Origin: Clostridia bacterium
Lineage (GTDB): Bacteria; Bacillota; Clostridia; Oscillospirales; CAG-272
Length of the DNA stretch: 64,000 nucleotides
Direction of reading: 5' to 3'
Assembly (NCBI GenBank): GCA_900763885.1
Contig: CAAFLY010000061.1
Span: 10,553-74,552, forward strand
Every line of letters begins with the position of its first letter. Position 1 is the stretch's first letter. Made by a program: the position numbers and the translations under genes. A model generated the notes under the pieces. That model was not told the origin of the DNA, made no database searches, and saw nothing but the letters and a program-made list of their open reading frames with translations. Below are positions 19,556-28,579 of this stretch, one piece after another.

Positions 19556-19584
19556 TTGCATCCTGCGCGCGTATATGGTATAAT
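19556..19584 (+). promoter_or_regulatory. sigma70-type promoter for trpS
   Basis: TTGCAT (19556-19561), a 17-nt spacer, then TATAAT (19579-19584) with a TGg extension. Confidence 0.55.
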
Positions 19585-19670
19585 ATCGATATAGTGTGTT
19601 TTCCGCGGCTGCTTTCTGCAGAACTGCGAAACGATACCGATCCTGTATCAGGCATACAGAGGAGCCAATC

Positions 19671-20771
19671 ATGAAAAATATCATTTTAACCGGCGACCGT
19701 CCGACAGGCAGACTGCACCTCGGACATTATGTGGGATCGCTGAAAAGACGTGTGGAAATGCAGAATTCCGGGCTGTACGATGCGGTCAACATCCTGATCG
19801 CCGACGATCAGGCATTGACGGACAACGCGGACAACCCCGGCAAGATCCGCGACAATATCATAAACGTGGTGCTCGACTACCTGTCCGTGGGCATCGATCC
19901 CGCGAAATCGACGATCTGTGTCCAGTCCGCACTGCCGGCACTGCACGCGCTGACCTTCTACTACCTCAATCTCGTATCCACGGCGCGTCTTTCCCGCAAT
20001 CCCACCGTAAAAGCGGAGATCCAGATGCGCGGGTTTGCCGAGGAGGGACTGCCCGCCGGATTTTTCACCTATCCCGTATCCCAGGCAGCCGACATCACTG
20101 CCTTTGACGCGAATGTTGTGCCGGTCGGAGAGGATCAGCTGCCCATGCTGGAGCAGACGCGGGAGATCGTGGAGAAATTCAACCGGATCTACGGCGAAAC
20201 GCTCGTTATGCCGCAAGCGATGATCCCCGAAAACGTGACGCAGCGCCGCCTTCCGGGTGTGGACGGCAAGGCAAAGATGAGCAAATCCCTCGGCAACTGC
20301 ATCTATCTGTCCGATACGTCCGTGACGGTGAAGAAGCAGATCAACGGGAAAATGTACACCGACCCGCAGCATCTGCAGATCAGTGATCCCGGCCACATCG
20401 AGGGCAACGTGGTATTCACATACCTCGACGCCTTCTGCACGGACGCACATTTTGCCGAATATCTCCCGGAATACGCGAACCTCGATGAGATGAAGGCGCA
20501 TTACGAGAGAGGCGGCCTCGGCGACGGCACGTGCAAGAAATTCCTCTATAATGTGCTGGAGGAAACGTTATCCCCGATCCGCGCCGAACGCGCAAAATGG
20601 GAGCACGACATCGATTCCGTCTACGACATCCTCCGCGAGGGCACCGAAAAGGCGGTGGAAAAAACGAACGCGACGCTCGCCCGAGTCCGGCACGCCATGC
20701 GCATCGATTATTTCGTGGATCGCTCCATCGTGAAGGAGTGGGAGGCACTGCTCGGGAAGACAAAACAATAA
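19671..20771 (+). CDS. trpS: tryptophan--tRNA ligase
   Basis: Start [23 protein letters not shown] (HIGH-type motif) with a GAGGAG RBS, plus KMSKS ([11 protein letters not shown]). Confidence 0.9.
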   Translation: MKNIILTGDRPTGRLHLGHYVGSLKRRVEMQNSGLYDAVNILIADDQALTDNADNPGKIRDNIINVVLDYLSVGIDPAKSTICVQSALPALHALTFYYLNLVSTARLSRNPTVKAEIQMRGFAEEGLPAGFFTYPVSQAADITAFDANVVPVGEDQLPMLEQTREIVEKFNRIYGETLVMPQAMIPENVTQRRLPGVDGKAKMSKSLGNCIYLSDTSVTVKKQINGKMYTDPQHLQISDPGHIEGNVVFTYLDAFCTDAHFAEYLPEYANLDEMKAHYERGGLGDGTCKKFLYNVLEETLSPIRAERAKWEHDIDSVYDILREGTEKAVEKTNATLARVRHAMRIDYFVDRSIVKEWEALLGKTKQ

Positions 20772-20952
20772 CCGCGCTCCCCCATCCATCCCTCACCCCC
20801 CCGTTTGTTTCCAGAGAAAGAGGAGCAAACGGGAGCTTGTCGTGTGCCGCCGGAATATCCGCGCCAAAAACACGAAATTGTCCCGCGCTTCACAAGAAAA
20901 GTTCACAAGTTTATGGTATACTATCTTGTGGAAGAAACATTGGAGGATCCCC

Positions 20953-22077
20953 ATGCGCACACATCCCGCAATAGCCACCCTGCTTGCCCTGTCTCTGCTC
21001 ACCGGATGCACATCCGCGCCAACAGAGCCGGAGACAGAAGCCGCATCGGTTGCCGAAACAGAATCAGCCGTACCCGAAACAGAAGCGGAGTCGGAAGAGC
21101 TCGAAACCACAGCGGCGGAGCCATTCCCGGCGCAGGAGCCATACCCGGATGCGCCGTACCGCTATACGCTTACCGCGGACGCATATCCGGCAATTGACTT
21201 TACCTATCACGAGGAGTACATGAATTTCGCCGTATGTGATTTTGCGCTTCTGCCGAACGGAAACCTTTTGCTTCTCACGATGAGCGAATCCGTGACGGAG
21301 ATCGCACCGGACGGCAGCGTGGTTGGTACATACACGTATCCATTCACGGAAAACGGCATGACGGCGTACCGGATCGCGGCGGACGAAAATGGGAATTTCT
21401 ATCTCCTCGACGGCAGGAACAACGCCGTTCACAAGGCGGACCGGCAGGGGATTCTGCGCACCATTTCGATCGACAAGCCGGATGTGACTGCCACCAGAGG
21501 GTTTTACGTGACGGCGGAAGACACGCTGGTGCTGGAGAACTACAACGACGACCGCATCCGCTCTGTGTTCACGCTCGATGTATCCGGAGACAACGCGCAG
21601 ATCGTCGGCGACGCGGTGCCGGGTGTGCTGCTGTCTGATGGGTACCGCGCCGAGATGACGTACATCCCGGACAACGAGGGCGAAACCTGGGACGGCGGTA
21701 TGACAAAAAGACTGTCGATCACGCTCTATAACGGCGATGGCGCGATCGTCTTTTCGTACGCCGTGACCGGGAATACGCCGGATTTTGCCGTGATGGCGGG
21801 GATTTCGCCGATCTGCGTGCAGCCGGACGAAACGGTGCTCGCCAAGGTGATGTCCTTTGACACAGGCGATGGGCTTCATGTGTCCGCGGTGCGTTTTGGA
21901 AAAGACGGGATTCTCGGCGCGTCGGCGGTGGATCCGAATCCAAACGACAATCTCATCCACAATTTCGGCGGCGTGCCCTATATGCTGCGCCATCCGGAGA
22001 ACGGACTGGAGATCCTCCCTGTGACGGAGATATGCACCGATTTCACGGCGGACTGCCCTTATACGATCGCACCATAG
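20953..22077 (+). CDS. hypothetical lipoprotein (beta-propeller-like)
   Basis: Start MRTHPAIATLLALSLLTGC (lipobox) with a GGAGGA RBS, an acidic linker, then a repetitive beta-rich body. Confidence 0.6.
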   Translation: MRTHPAIATLLALSLLTGCTSAPTEPETEAASVAETESAVPETEAESEELETTAAEPFPAQEPYPDAPYRYTLTADAYPAIDFTYHEEYMNFAVCDFALLPNGNLLLLTMSESVTEIAPDGSVVGTYTYPFTENGMTAYRIAADENGNFYLLDGRNNAVHKADRQGILRTISIDKPDVTATRGFYVTAEDTLVLENYNDDRIRSVFTLDVSGDNAQIVGDAVPGVLLSDGYRAEMTYIPDNEGETWDGGMTKRLSITLYNGDGAIVFSYAVTGNTPDFAVMAGISPICVQPDETVLAKVMSFDTGDGLHVSAVRFGKDGILGASAVDPNPNDNLIHNFGGVPYMLRHPENGLEILPVTEICTDFTADCPYTIAP

Positions 22078-22111
22078 AAACCATAGTACTCTCAGAACGG
22101 AGTGAATACCC

Positions 22112-22789
22112 TTGAAAGAACGATTCTTAACGATAAGCCACCATGCAGAGCCGATCGAGCTGCCGCAGGAAGCATTGGAGCTTTTTGACGACTACCGCAA
22201 AATGCTGGAGATGGAGCATCTGTACAACGCGGCGATCCGGGAAATGCAGATGCGGTTTGAAACGCTGAACGACGAATTCAAGATCAAATACGAGCGCAAC
22301 CCGATCCACCACGTGGAGAGCCGGATGAAAACGAAGGAAAGCATTGTCAAAAAGCTCCTTGCGCGGCGGGAAGAGATCTCCATCGATTCGGCGAAACGGA
22401 ATCTGAACGACATCGCCGGGGTGCGTGTGGTATGCTGCTACATAGACGACGTATACAGCGTGGAGGATATGCTCCTGCGCCAGCCCGACATACATCTGCT
22501 GAACCGACAGGACTACATCAAGACGCCGAATTACAACGGCTACCGCAGTCTCCATCTCGATATCCAGCTGCCGATCTATCTCTCGGACAAGACGGAAAAC
22601 GTCAAGGTCGAGGTGCAGCTGCGTACGGTCGCCATGGATTTTTGGGCAAGCCTTGAGCACGATCTGCGGTATAAGTCGGAGAAGTCCATCCCGCAGGACA
22701 TCAGCGCGGAAATGCTCGCCTGCGCAAATGAGATCGCCGCCATCGACGAGCGGATGCAGGATATGTACAAACGGATCCAAGAGATCTGA
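22112..22789 (+). CDS. small alarmone synthetase (RelP/RelQ-type GTP pyrophosphokinase)
   Basis: TTG start. ESRMKTKESIVKKL, DIAGVRVVC, PNYNGYRSLHL and EVQLRTVAMDFWASLEH are the RelA/SpoT synthetase-domain motifs, and it aligns from the N-terminus with B. subtilis YwaC as I recall it. Confidence 0.85.
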   Translation: MKERFLTISHHAEPIELPQEALELFDDYRKMLEMEHLYNAAIREMQMRFETLNDEFKIKYERNPIHHVESRMKTKESIVKKLLARREEISIDSAKRNLNDIAGVRVVCCYIDDVYSVEDMLLRQPDIHLLNRQDYIKTPNYNGYRSLHLDIQLPIYLSDKTENVKVEVQLRTVAMDFWASLEHDLRYKSEKSIPQDISAEMLACANEIAAIDERMQDMYKRIQEI

Positions 22790-22800
22790 CGACCAAGGAA

Positions 22801-22910
22801 GCGCAGACAAAAGGTTGTTTTTTTGCAAAACCGCGACCCATCAAAGGCGCGTCCTTCGGGAGGCGCAGACATAAGGTTGTTTTTGCATAGCCTCGACCTG
22901 TCAATCGCGC
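22801..22910. repeat. tandem direct repeat (2 copies, about 62-nt period)
   Basis: GCGCAGACAaAAGGTTGTTTTTttGCAaAaCCgCGACC at 22801 recurs as GCGCAGACAtAAGGTTGTTTTTGCAtAgCCtCGACC at 22863. A partial third copy (AAGGTTaTTTTTGCgAtAaagCC) sits at 24044-24068, downstream of the flanked gene. Confidence 0.6.
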
Positions 22911-22933
22911 TCCCAATACCATCGGAGGACACT

Positions 22934-24031
22934 ATGAAAGCGCAGCTCTGCCGTATGCTTGCCGCACTGCTTTGTGTCTGTACTGTGACCGGCTGTTCGG
23001 CAAACAAGGAAATGCCTACAGGCTATTTGACAACCATTACGAAAAAAGAGCATCGGACCACCGTGATCGAGCCGGTCTGGCTCCAGCCGGACGAGGGAAG
23101 GGTCACACCGGTCTGCGATGAGGAGCACCACGGTGCGGACTGTCCCTTCTATGGCATGGACGAATCGGTGCGCTCCTATCTGACCCGCGACGACGACACG
23201 ATCTATTACGTCACGGAAACGGCGGCGGACAGCGGCGAAAAAACGGCGACGCTGTGGGAATACACGATCCGAAACGGCAGGACAAAACGGATCGACAGCC
23301 GCACCGACACGCTCTGGCGCTCGAAAACGCTCATGAAGGACGGGTATCTGTTCCAGTGGGAGCGGGACGCGGCAGAGGAGAGGTATGATCTCACCTGCAT
23401 GGCGCTTTCCGATCGTGCGCATGAGAAGCGGACGGTCATGGAGATCCCGCAGACGATCAGGACGTCCAAAAGCGGCAAGATCGCGTATTATCTCATGGAC
23501 GATGCCGCCGGGTATCCCTGCGGATTTTACAGCGCGGATTGGAAATTTACCGCCAAACCGCCGACAAGAACGCTCCTTTTCTACGACGCCAAATGTCGGA
23601 TCACGGGCATCTGGTTTGAGGACGACGCGATTTACTGGCGCGGACAGCTGCGTTACGACGCGGAATCCGACGAGCAGACGCTGTACCGGTACGATCCGAA
23701 AACGTGCGCTACCACGGAGGTATGCTCTCTGTACAGCGGCACACAGATGATCGGACGGGGTGACTTCTTCTATTATATCCATCATACGACGACCCCGGGC
23801 GGAGAATCGCGGTGCGAATTCAGCCGTCTGCGCAAATCCACAGGAGAGAGCAAGGTGCTCGAAACGCTGCCCGATGGATGGCGATCCGATACGCCGCCAC
23901 AGGTGTACGGTGCGTGGATCCTCTTTCGGGTAAGGACAGCATCGGAATCGGCGGAGACTGGCGCGGAAGCCTTCTACTGCTGGAACACGGACACCGGCGC
24001 GGGAAAGCTCATCCCGGCGGCAGTCTCCTAA
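22934..24031 (+). CDS. hypothetical lipoprotein (beta-propeller-like)
   Basis: Start MKAQLCRMLAALLCVCTVTGC (lipobox) with a GGAGGA RBS. Repeated YY/W-containing beta-strand motifs. Confidence 0.6.
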   Translation: MKAQLCRMLAALLCVCTVTGCSANKEMPTGYLTTITKKEHRTTVIEPVWLQPDEGRVTPVCDEEHHGADCPFYGMDESVRSYLTRDDDTIYYVTETAADSGEKTATLWEYTIRNGRTKRIDSRTDTLWRSKTLMKDGYLFQWERDAAEERYDLTCMALSDRAHEKRTVMEIPQTIRTSKSGKIAYYLMDDAAGYPCGFYSADWKFTAKPPTRTLLFYDAKCRITGIWFEDDAIYWRGQLRYDAESDEQTLYRYDPKTCATTEVCSLYSGTQMIGRGDFFYYIHHTTTPGGESRCEFSRLRKSTGESKVLETLPDGWRSDTPPQVYGAWILFRVRTASESAETGAEAFYCWNTDTGAGKLIPAAVS

Positions 24032-24123
24032 GGATACTCTGATTTAAGGTTATTTTTGCGATAAAGCCCATGCATCCGAGCGTTTTGGCGCGAAATTACG
24101 ACGCAGGAAACAGAAATCAACCG

Positions 24124-24172
24124 AAAAAACCGCTCCTTTCCCATTTTCGGATGGGAAGCAGAGCGGTTTTTC
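24124..24172. terminator. bidirectional terminator
   Basis: ACCGCTC..TCCCAT pairs with ATGGGA..GAGCGGT, flanked by A6 and T5, between convergent genes. Confidence 0.75.
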
Positions 24173-24187
24173 TATGGTTTCGATGGG

Positions 24188-25387
24188 TTACAGTCTTTGT
24201 GCGATGGCTTCCAGGAATTCGACGGTGCCCAGCTTGTGTACCTCCGGCAGAGTGGACATGGCGGCAAGGTCGCCGGTCATATAGCCCGCCTCGATGGTGG
24301 AGATCGTCGCTTTTTCGAGACGGTTTGCAAAATCGGACAGTGCGGGGAGGTTGTCCAGCTCGCCGCGTTTCCGCAGTGCGCCGGTCCATGCGAAAATGGT
24401 GGCAACGCTGTTTGTGGAGGTCGGCTCGCCCTTCAGATACTTGTAATAATGGCGTTGGACCGTGCCGTGCGCCGCTTCGTATTCGTACACGCCGGTCGGA
24501 GAAACCAGCACGGAGGTCATCATGGCAAGAGAACCGTAGGCGGTCGCGACCATATCACTCATCACGTCGCCGTCGTAGTTCTTGCATGCCCAGATATAGC
24601 CGCCGTCCGAGCGGATCACACGGGCGACCGCGTCGTCGATGAGGGTGTAGAAGTAGGTGATGCCGGCAGACGCGAATTTGTCCTTGTATTCGTTTTCGTA
24701 AATCTCCTCGAAGATGTCCTTGAATCTGTGGTCGTAGGTTTTGGAGATCGTGTCCTTCGCGCCGAACCAGAGATCCTTTTTCGTGTCGAGGGCGTAGTTG
24801 AAGCAGCACCGTGCGAAGCTGGCGATGGACGCGTCTACGTTGTGGATGCCCTGTACGATCCCGCCGGATTCTCCGAACTGGTGGATCAGCCTGCGGGTTT
24901 CCGTGCCGTCCGGTGCGGTGCAGACCAGCTCACACCTGCTCCCCGCCTCCACGCGCATTTCCGTGTTCTTGTAAATATCGCCGTACGCGTGACGGGCGAT
25001 GGTGATCGGCTTAGTCCATGTCGGGATGTACGGCGTGATGCCCTTCACGAGGATCGGCGTGCGGAATACGGTGCCGTCGAGGATGGCGCGGATCGTTCCG
25101 TTCGGGGATTTCCACATTTCCTTGAGGTGATATTCCTCCACGCGCTGTGCGTTCGGCGTGATGGTCGCGCACTTGACGGCGACCCCGTATTTCTTCGTCG
25201 CCTCCGCGGAATCGATCGTCACCTGGTCGTCCGTTTCGTTCCGGTGGACAAGACCGAGGTCGTAGTATTCCGTTTTCAGCTCCACATATGGAGAGATGAG
25301 GATCTCCTTGATCTTTTCCCAGATCACCCGGGTCATTTCGTCGCCGTCCATCTCGACAAGCGGCGTTTTCATCGGAATTTTTGCCAT
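24188..25387 (-). CDS. icd: NADP-dependent isocitrate dehydrogenase (IDH1-like subfamily)
   Basis: [28 protein letters not shown]...KCATITPN...IARHAYGD is characteristic of the roughly 400-aa eukaryote-like NADP-IDH. Confidence 0.9.
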   Translation of the reverse strand: MAKIPMKTPLVEMDGDEMTRVIWEKIKEILISPYVELKTEYYDLGLVHRNETDDQVTIDSAEATKKYGVAVKCATITPNAQRVEEYHLKEMWKSPNGTIRAILDGTVFRTPILVKGITPYIPTWTKPITIARHAYGDIYKNTEMRVEAGSRCELVCTAPDGTETRRLIHQFGESGGIVQGIHNVDASIASFARCCFNYALDTKKDLWFGAKDTISKTYDHRFKDIFEEIYENEYKDKFASAGITYFYTLIDDAVARVIRSDGGYIWACKNYDGDVMSDMVATAYGSLAMMTSVLVSPTGVYEYEAAHGTVQRHYYKYLKGEPTSTNSVATIFAWTGALRKRGELDNLPALSDFANRLEKATISTIEAGYMTGDLAAMSTLPEVHKLGTVEFLEAIAQRL

Positions 25388-25411
25388 ATTTCTGTGGATT
25401 CCTTTCTGTTC

Positions 25412-27349
25412 TTATTTCGAGAGCTGTGCCTTTGTGAAGTCGAGCAGGCCGCCGCAGAGCAGGATCTCCCGCATCCGTTCGCTGAGAGGACATTCGACCG
25501 GGATCTCGACCTTTTTCGTTTCGTTGTATACGGTAAGCGGCTGACCGCACGCGATTTTTTCCCGCAGTCCGGTGAGAGAGAGGGTGTCTCCCGCGTCGAT
25601 CTTGTCGTAATCGGCCTCGTTTGCGAATGTCAGCGGCAGAATCCCTGCGTTGATGAGGTTTTGACGGTGGATCCTTGCGAAGGATTTCACAAGCACCGCC
25701 TTCACGCCGAGATACAGCGGAGCCAGAGCCGCGTGTTCACGGGAGGAGCCCTGTCCGTAGTTCGTGCCGCCGACTACGATGCTTGCGCCGAGCTTCTGCG
25801 CACGTTCCGGGAAGTCCGGATCGCATACGGCAAAGCAGTGCTTCGAGATCGCGGGAATGTTCGAGCGCAGCGGCAGGATCTTCGCACCTGCGGGCATGAT
25901 GTGGTCGGTTGTGATGTTGTCACCGACCTTCAGGGAAACGGGGCAGACGATGCTGTCGGCAAGCGGCGCGGTCTCCGGATATTCCTTGATGTTCGGACCG
26001 CGCAGGATCTCCACGTTTTTCGCGTCCTCAGGAGAGGCGGGCAGGGTGATCATGTTGTCGTTTACAGTAAAATGGGCCGGCATATCGATCTGCGGCATGA
26101 TTCCTATCGCACGCGGATCGGTGAGGTACCCGGCAATGGCGGATGCGGCTGCCACCTCGGGGGATACGAGATAGATCCTGCCATCCTTTGTGCCGCTGCG
26201 TCCCTCAAAATTCCGGTTGAAGGTGCGCAGGGAAATGCCTCCGGAGTTCGGGGACTGTCCCATACCGATGCACGGCCCGCACGCGGATTCCAGTACTCTT
26301 GCGCCCGCGTCGATCATATCGTTCAGCGCACCGTTTGCGGAGAGCATGGTCAGCACCTGCTTGGAGCCGGGCGCGATGGCAAGGGATACGTCGGGATGGA
26401 CCGTCTTTCCCTTCAGGATATAGGCGACCTTCATCATATCGACAAAGGAGCTGTTCGTGCAGGAGCCGATGCAGACCTGATCCACCTTGATCCTGCCGAT
26501 CTCCGAAAGGGGCGCTACGTTGTCCGGCGAATGGGGACGTGCCGCCATCGGCTCCAGTGCGGAGAGATCGATCGTGACCGTCTCATCGTATTCTGCGTCC
26601 GGATCGGCACAAAGCGGGACCCAGACCTCGCCTCTGCCCTGCGCGTCCAGAAACGCCTTTGTCACGTCGTCGGAGGGGAAGATGGACGTGGTCGCGCCAA
26701 GCTCGGCGCCCATATTGGCGATTGTGGCGCGTTCGGGAACGGACAGAGTGGATACGCCCTCGCCGGTATATTCCATGATCTTGCCTACGCCGCCCTTGAC
26801 GGTCAGTCTGCGCAGCACCTCCAGGATCACGTCCTTCGCGGAAACCCAGTCGGAGAGAGAGCCGGTGAGGACAACGTTCACGATCTTCGGATAGGTGATG
26901 TAGTACGCGCCGCCGCCCATCGCCACTGCGACATCCAGTCCGCCCGCGCCGATGGCGATCATGCCGAGTCCGCCACCGGTCGGTGTATGGCTGTCGGAGC
27001 CGATGAGGGTCTTACCGGGCGCGCCGAACCGTTCGAGATGCACCTGATGGCAGATGCCGTTGCCGGGACGGGAGAAATATATGCCGTGCTTCTTCGCCAC
27101 GGAGCCGATGAACCGATGGTCGTCCGCGTTTTCGAAGCCGTTTTGCAGCGTGTTGTGATCGACATACGCCACGGACCGCTCGGTGCGCACCTGATCGATG
27201 CCCATCGCTTCAAATTCGATATATGCCATCGTGCCGGTCGCGTCCTGCGTCAGGGTCTGATCGATCTTCAGACCGATCTCCTGCCCCTTCACAAATTCGC
27301 CGTCGACGACGTGGGCCTTCAGTATTTTTTCCGCAAGTGTGAGTCCCAT
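25412..27349 (-). CDS. acnA: aconitate hydratase
   Basis: Start MGLTLAEKILKAHV. GSDSHT, IGSCTNS, CGPCIG (Fe-S ligands) and the swivel-domain GTNYGQGSSREHAA. Forms an operon with icd downstream. Confidence 0.9.
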   Translation of the reverse strand: MGLTLAEKILKAHVVDGEFVKGQEIGLKIDQTLTQDATGTMAYIEFEAMGIDQVRTERSVAYVDHNTLQNGFENADDHRFIGSVAKKHGIYFSRPGNGICHQVHLERFGAPGKTLIGSDSHTPTGGGLGMIAIGAGGLDVAVAMGGGAYYITYPKIVNVVLTGSLSDWVSAKDVILEVLRRLTVKGGVGKIMEYTGEGVSTLSVPERATIANMGAELGATTSIFPSDDVTKAFLDAQGRGEVWVPLCADPDAEYDETVTIDLSALEPMAARPHSPDNVAPLSEIGRIKVDQVCIGSCTNSSFVDMMKVAYILKGKTVHPDVSLAIAPGSKQVLTMLSANGALNDMIDAGARVLESACGPCIGMGQSPNSGGISLRTFNRNFEGRSGTKDGRIYLVSPEVAAASAIAGYLTDPRAIGIMPQIDMPAHFTVNDNMITLPASPEDAKNVEILRGPNIKEYPETAPLADSIVCPVSLKVGDNITTDHIMPAGAKILPLRSNIPAISKHCFAVCDPDFPERAQKLGASIVVGGTNYGQGSSREHAALAPLYLGVKAVLVKSFARIHRQNLINAGILPLTFANEADYDKIDAGDTLSLTGLREKIACGQPLTVYNETKKVEIPVECPLSERMREILLCGGLLDFTKAQLSK

Positions 27350-27433
27350 ATAGTATTCCTTTCTGCTTCCCGTATTGCGCCGTAGACTGCATAACAGCTC
27401 ATAAATATACGGCGTATGTACACTGATACCTAT

Positions 27434-27462
27434 ATTATACCACACAGAATGAATCGTGTCAA
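27434..27462 (-). promoter_or_regulatory. consensus sigma70 promoter for the acn-icd operon
   Basis: Minus strand: TTGACA (27462-27457), a 17-nt spacer, then TATAAT (27439-27434) with a TGg extension. Confidence 0.55.
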
Positions 27463-27561
27463 CCGACAGAATGCAAAAACCGCGGGAATCATCGGATATA
27501 AGCGGGGATTGCTGCATGAAAATCGGAGTGTCACGTCATTTCGCGTGGGAGGTTTTTGGAT

Positions 27562-27610
27562 AAAAAAACGTTCCTGTGCCGTGGGGGGTGATCGATACGG
27601 CAAGGAACGT
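27562..27610 (-). terminator. intrinsic terminator after mscS
   Basis: ACGTTCCTGTGCCG pairs with CGGCAAGGAACGT, and the minus-strand transcript ends in U7. Confidence 0.75.
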
Positions 27611-27618
27611 CCTTTTGG

Positions 27619-28425
27619 TTACTGGGTCACATGTACGTCGAGCTGCGGATACGGGATCGAGATGCCGAACTGATCGAACGCCTTTTTCACGTCCTCAAAC
27701 ATGGCAAAGTACACGGTCCAGTAATTCTCGGCTTCCACCCACAGACGGAGCTTGACGGTGATCGCGGAGTCTCCGTGTCCGGCAATCAATACCTCCGGCG
27801 CGGGATCCTTCAGCACATTGTCGTCGCTGGCAGCCGTCGCGAGAAGCACCTTGCGCGCAAGATCGAGATCGGTGTTGTACGATATGTTGAAGTCGAAATC
27901 AATCCGGCGCGTGGATTCCGTGGAGAGGTTGTTGATGCTGCAGCCGGTGAGCTGACTGTTCGGCACAGCGACGCTCTGGTTGTCCGGTGTGATGAGGGTC
28001 GTGTAGTAGAGTCCGATGTCCTTGACCACACCGGATACGCTGCCCGCGATGATGAAGTCGCCGACATGGAACGGGCGGCACACCACGAGCACAACACCGG
28101 AGGCGATGTTGGACAGACCGCCCTGGAGCGCCAGACCGATCGCCAGACCGACGGTACCGAGCAGAGCGATGATGGAGGACGACGGTACGCCGAGCTTTTC
28201 CACCACGGCGATGAGCAGCACGAGCTTGAGGACCACGCGCGCGGCGTTGGTCATGAAGGACTGGATATTGACCTCCATCCGTTCATAAAGCTTCGTGTGA
28301 GCGATTTTCCTGACAAGTACGTCGATGACCTTGCAGCCGACGAGGAGGATCAGCAGAGCGATGATGATCCGGATCGCACCGGGCAAAAGGGTATCGGATA
28401 AGAAGCTGGTCAGCCATTCAGGCAT
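27619..28425 (-). CDS. mscS: small-conductance mechanosensitive channel (MscS family)
   Basis: Start MPEWLTSFL. Three TM helices and the pore-helix/beta-domain signature GTVGLAIGLALQGGLSNIASGVVLVVCRPFHVGDFI. Confidence 0.85.
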   Translation of the reverse strand: MPEWLTSFLSDTLLPGAIRIIIALLILLVGCKVIDVLVRKIAHTKLYERMEVNIQSFMTNAARVVLKLVLLIAVVEKLGVPSSSIIALLGTVGLAIGLALQGGLSNIASGVVLVVCRPFHVGDFIIAGSVSGVVKDIGLYYTTLITPDNQSVAVPNSQLTGCSINNLSTESTRRIDFDFNISYNTDLDLARKVLLATAASDDNVLKDPAPEVLIAGHGDSAITVKLRLWVEAENYWTVYFAMFEDVKKAFDQFGISIPYPQLDVHVTQ

Positions 28426-28579
28426 GAAAAACACATCCTTTCGATAAGGGAACTGTAACCTGTCTACTATTATACTGTATCCGGCGCGAAAAATCAACGG
28501 GATGGTGTGATATTTCAGAAATGTTCACAAAACGGAGAGAAATTTGTGCAAATAGGCGCGGGGTGCGGACGGTGCCGCG

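Noticed and set aside
19526-19670. Possible T-box leader upstream of trpS, a classical T-box target.
   Set aside because: The promoter (-10 at 19579-19584) leaves a leader of only about 80 nt. It has no AGAGA/GGUGNRA Stem I elements, no GGUGGUACCGCG core and no terminator. It is too short and lacks every conserved element.
20799-20836. The hairpin CCCGTTTG...CAAACGGG after trpS as a terminator.
   Set aside because: There is no U-tract after the stem, so it cannot be supported as an intrinsic terminator from sequence alone.
24197-27385. The longest ORF in the track (1062 aa, plus strand).
   Set aside because: It runs antisense across both the isocitrate dehydrogenase and aconitase genes, whose products are unmistakable. 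Its translation is R/G/H/D/V-rich low-complexity sequence with no motifs or RBS. It is a GC-rich shadow ORF.
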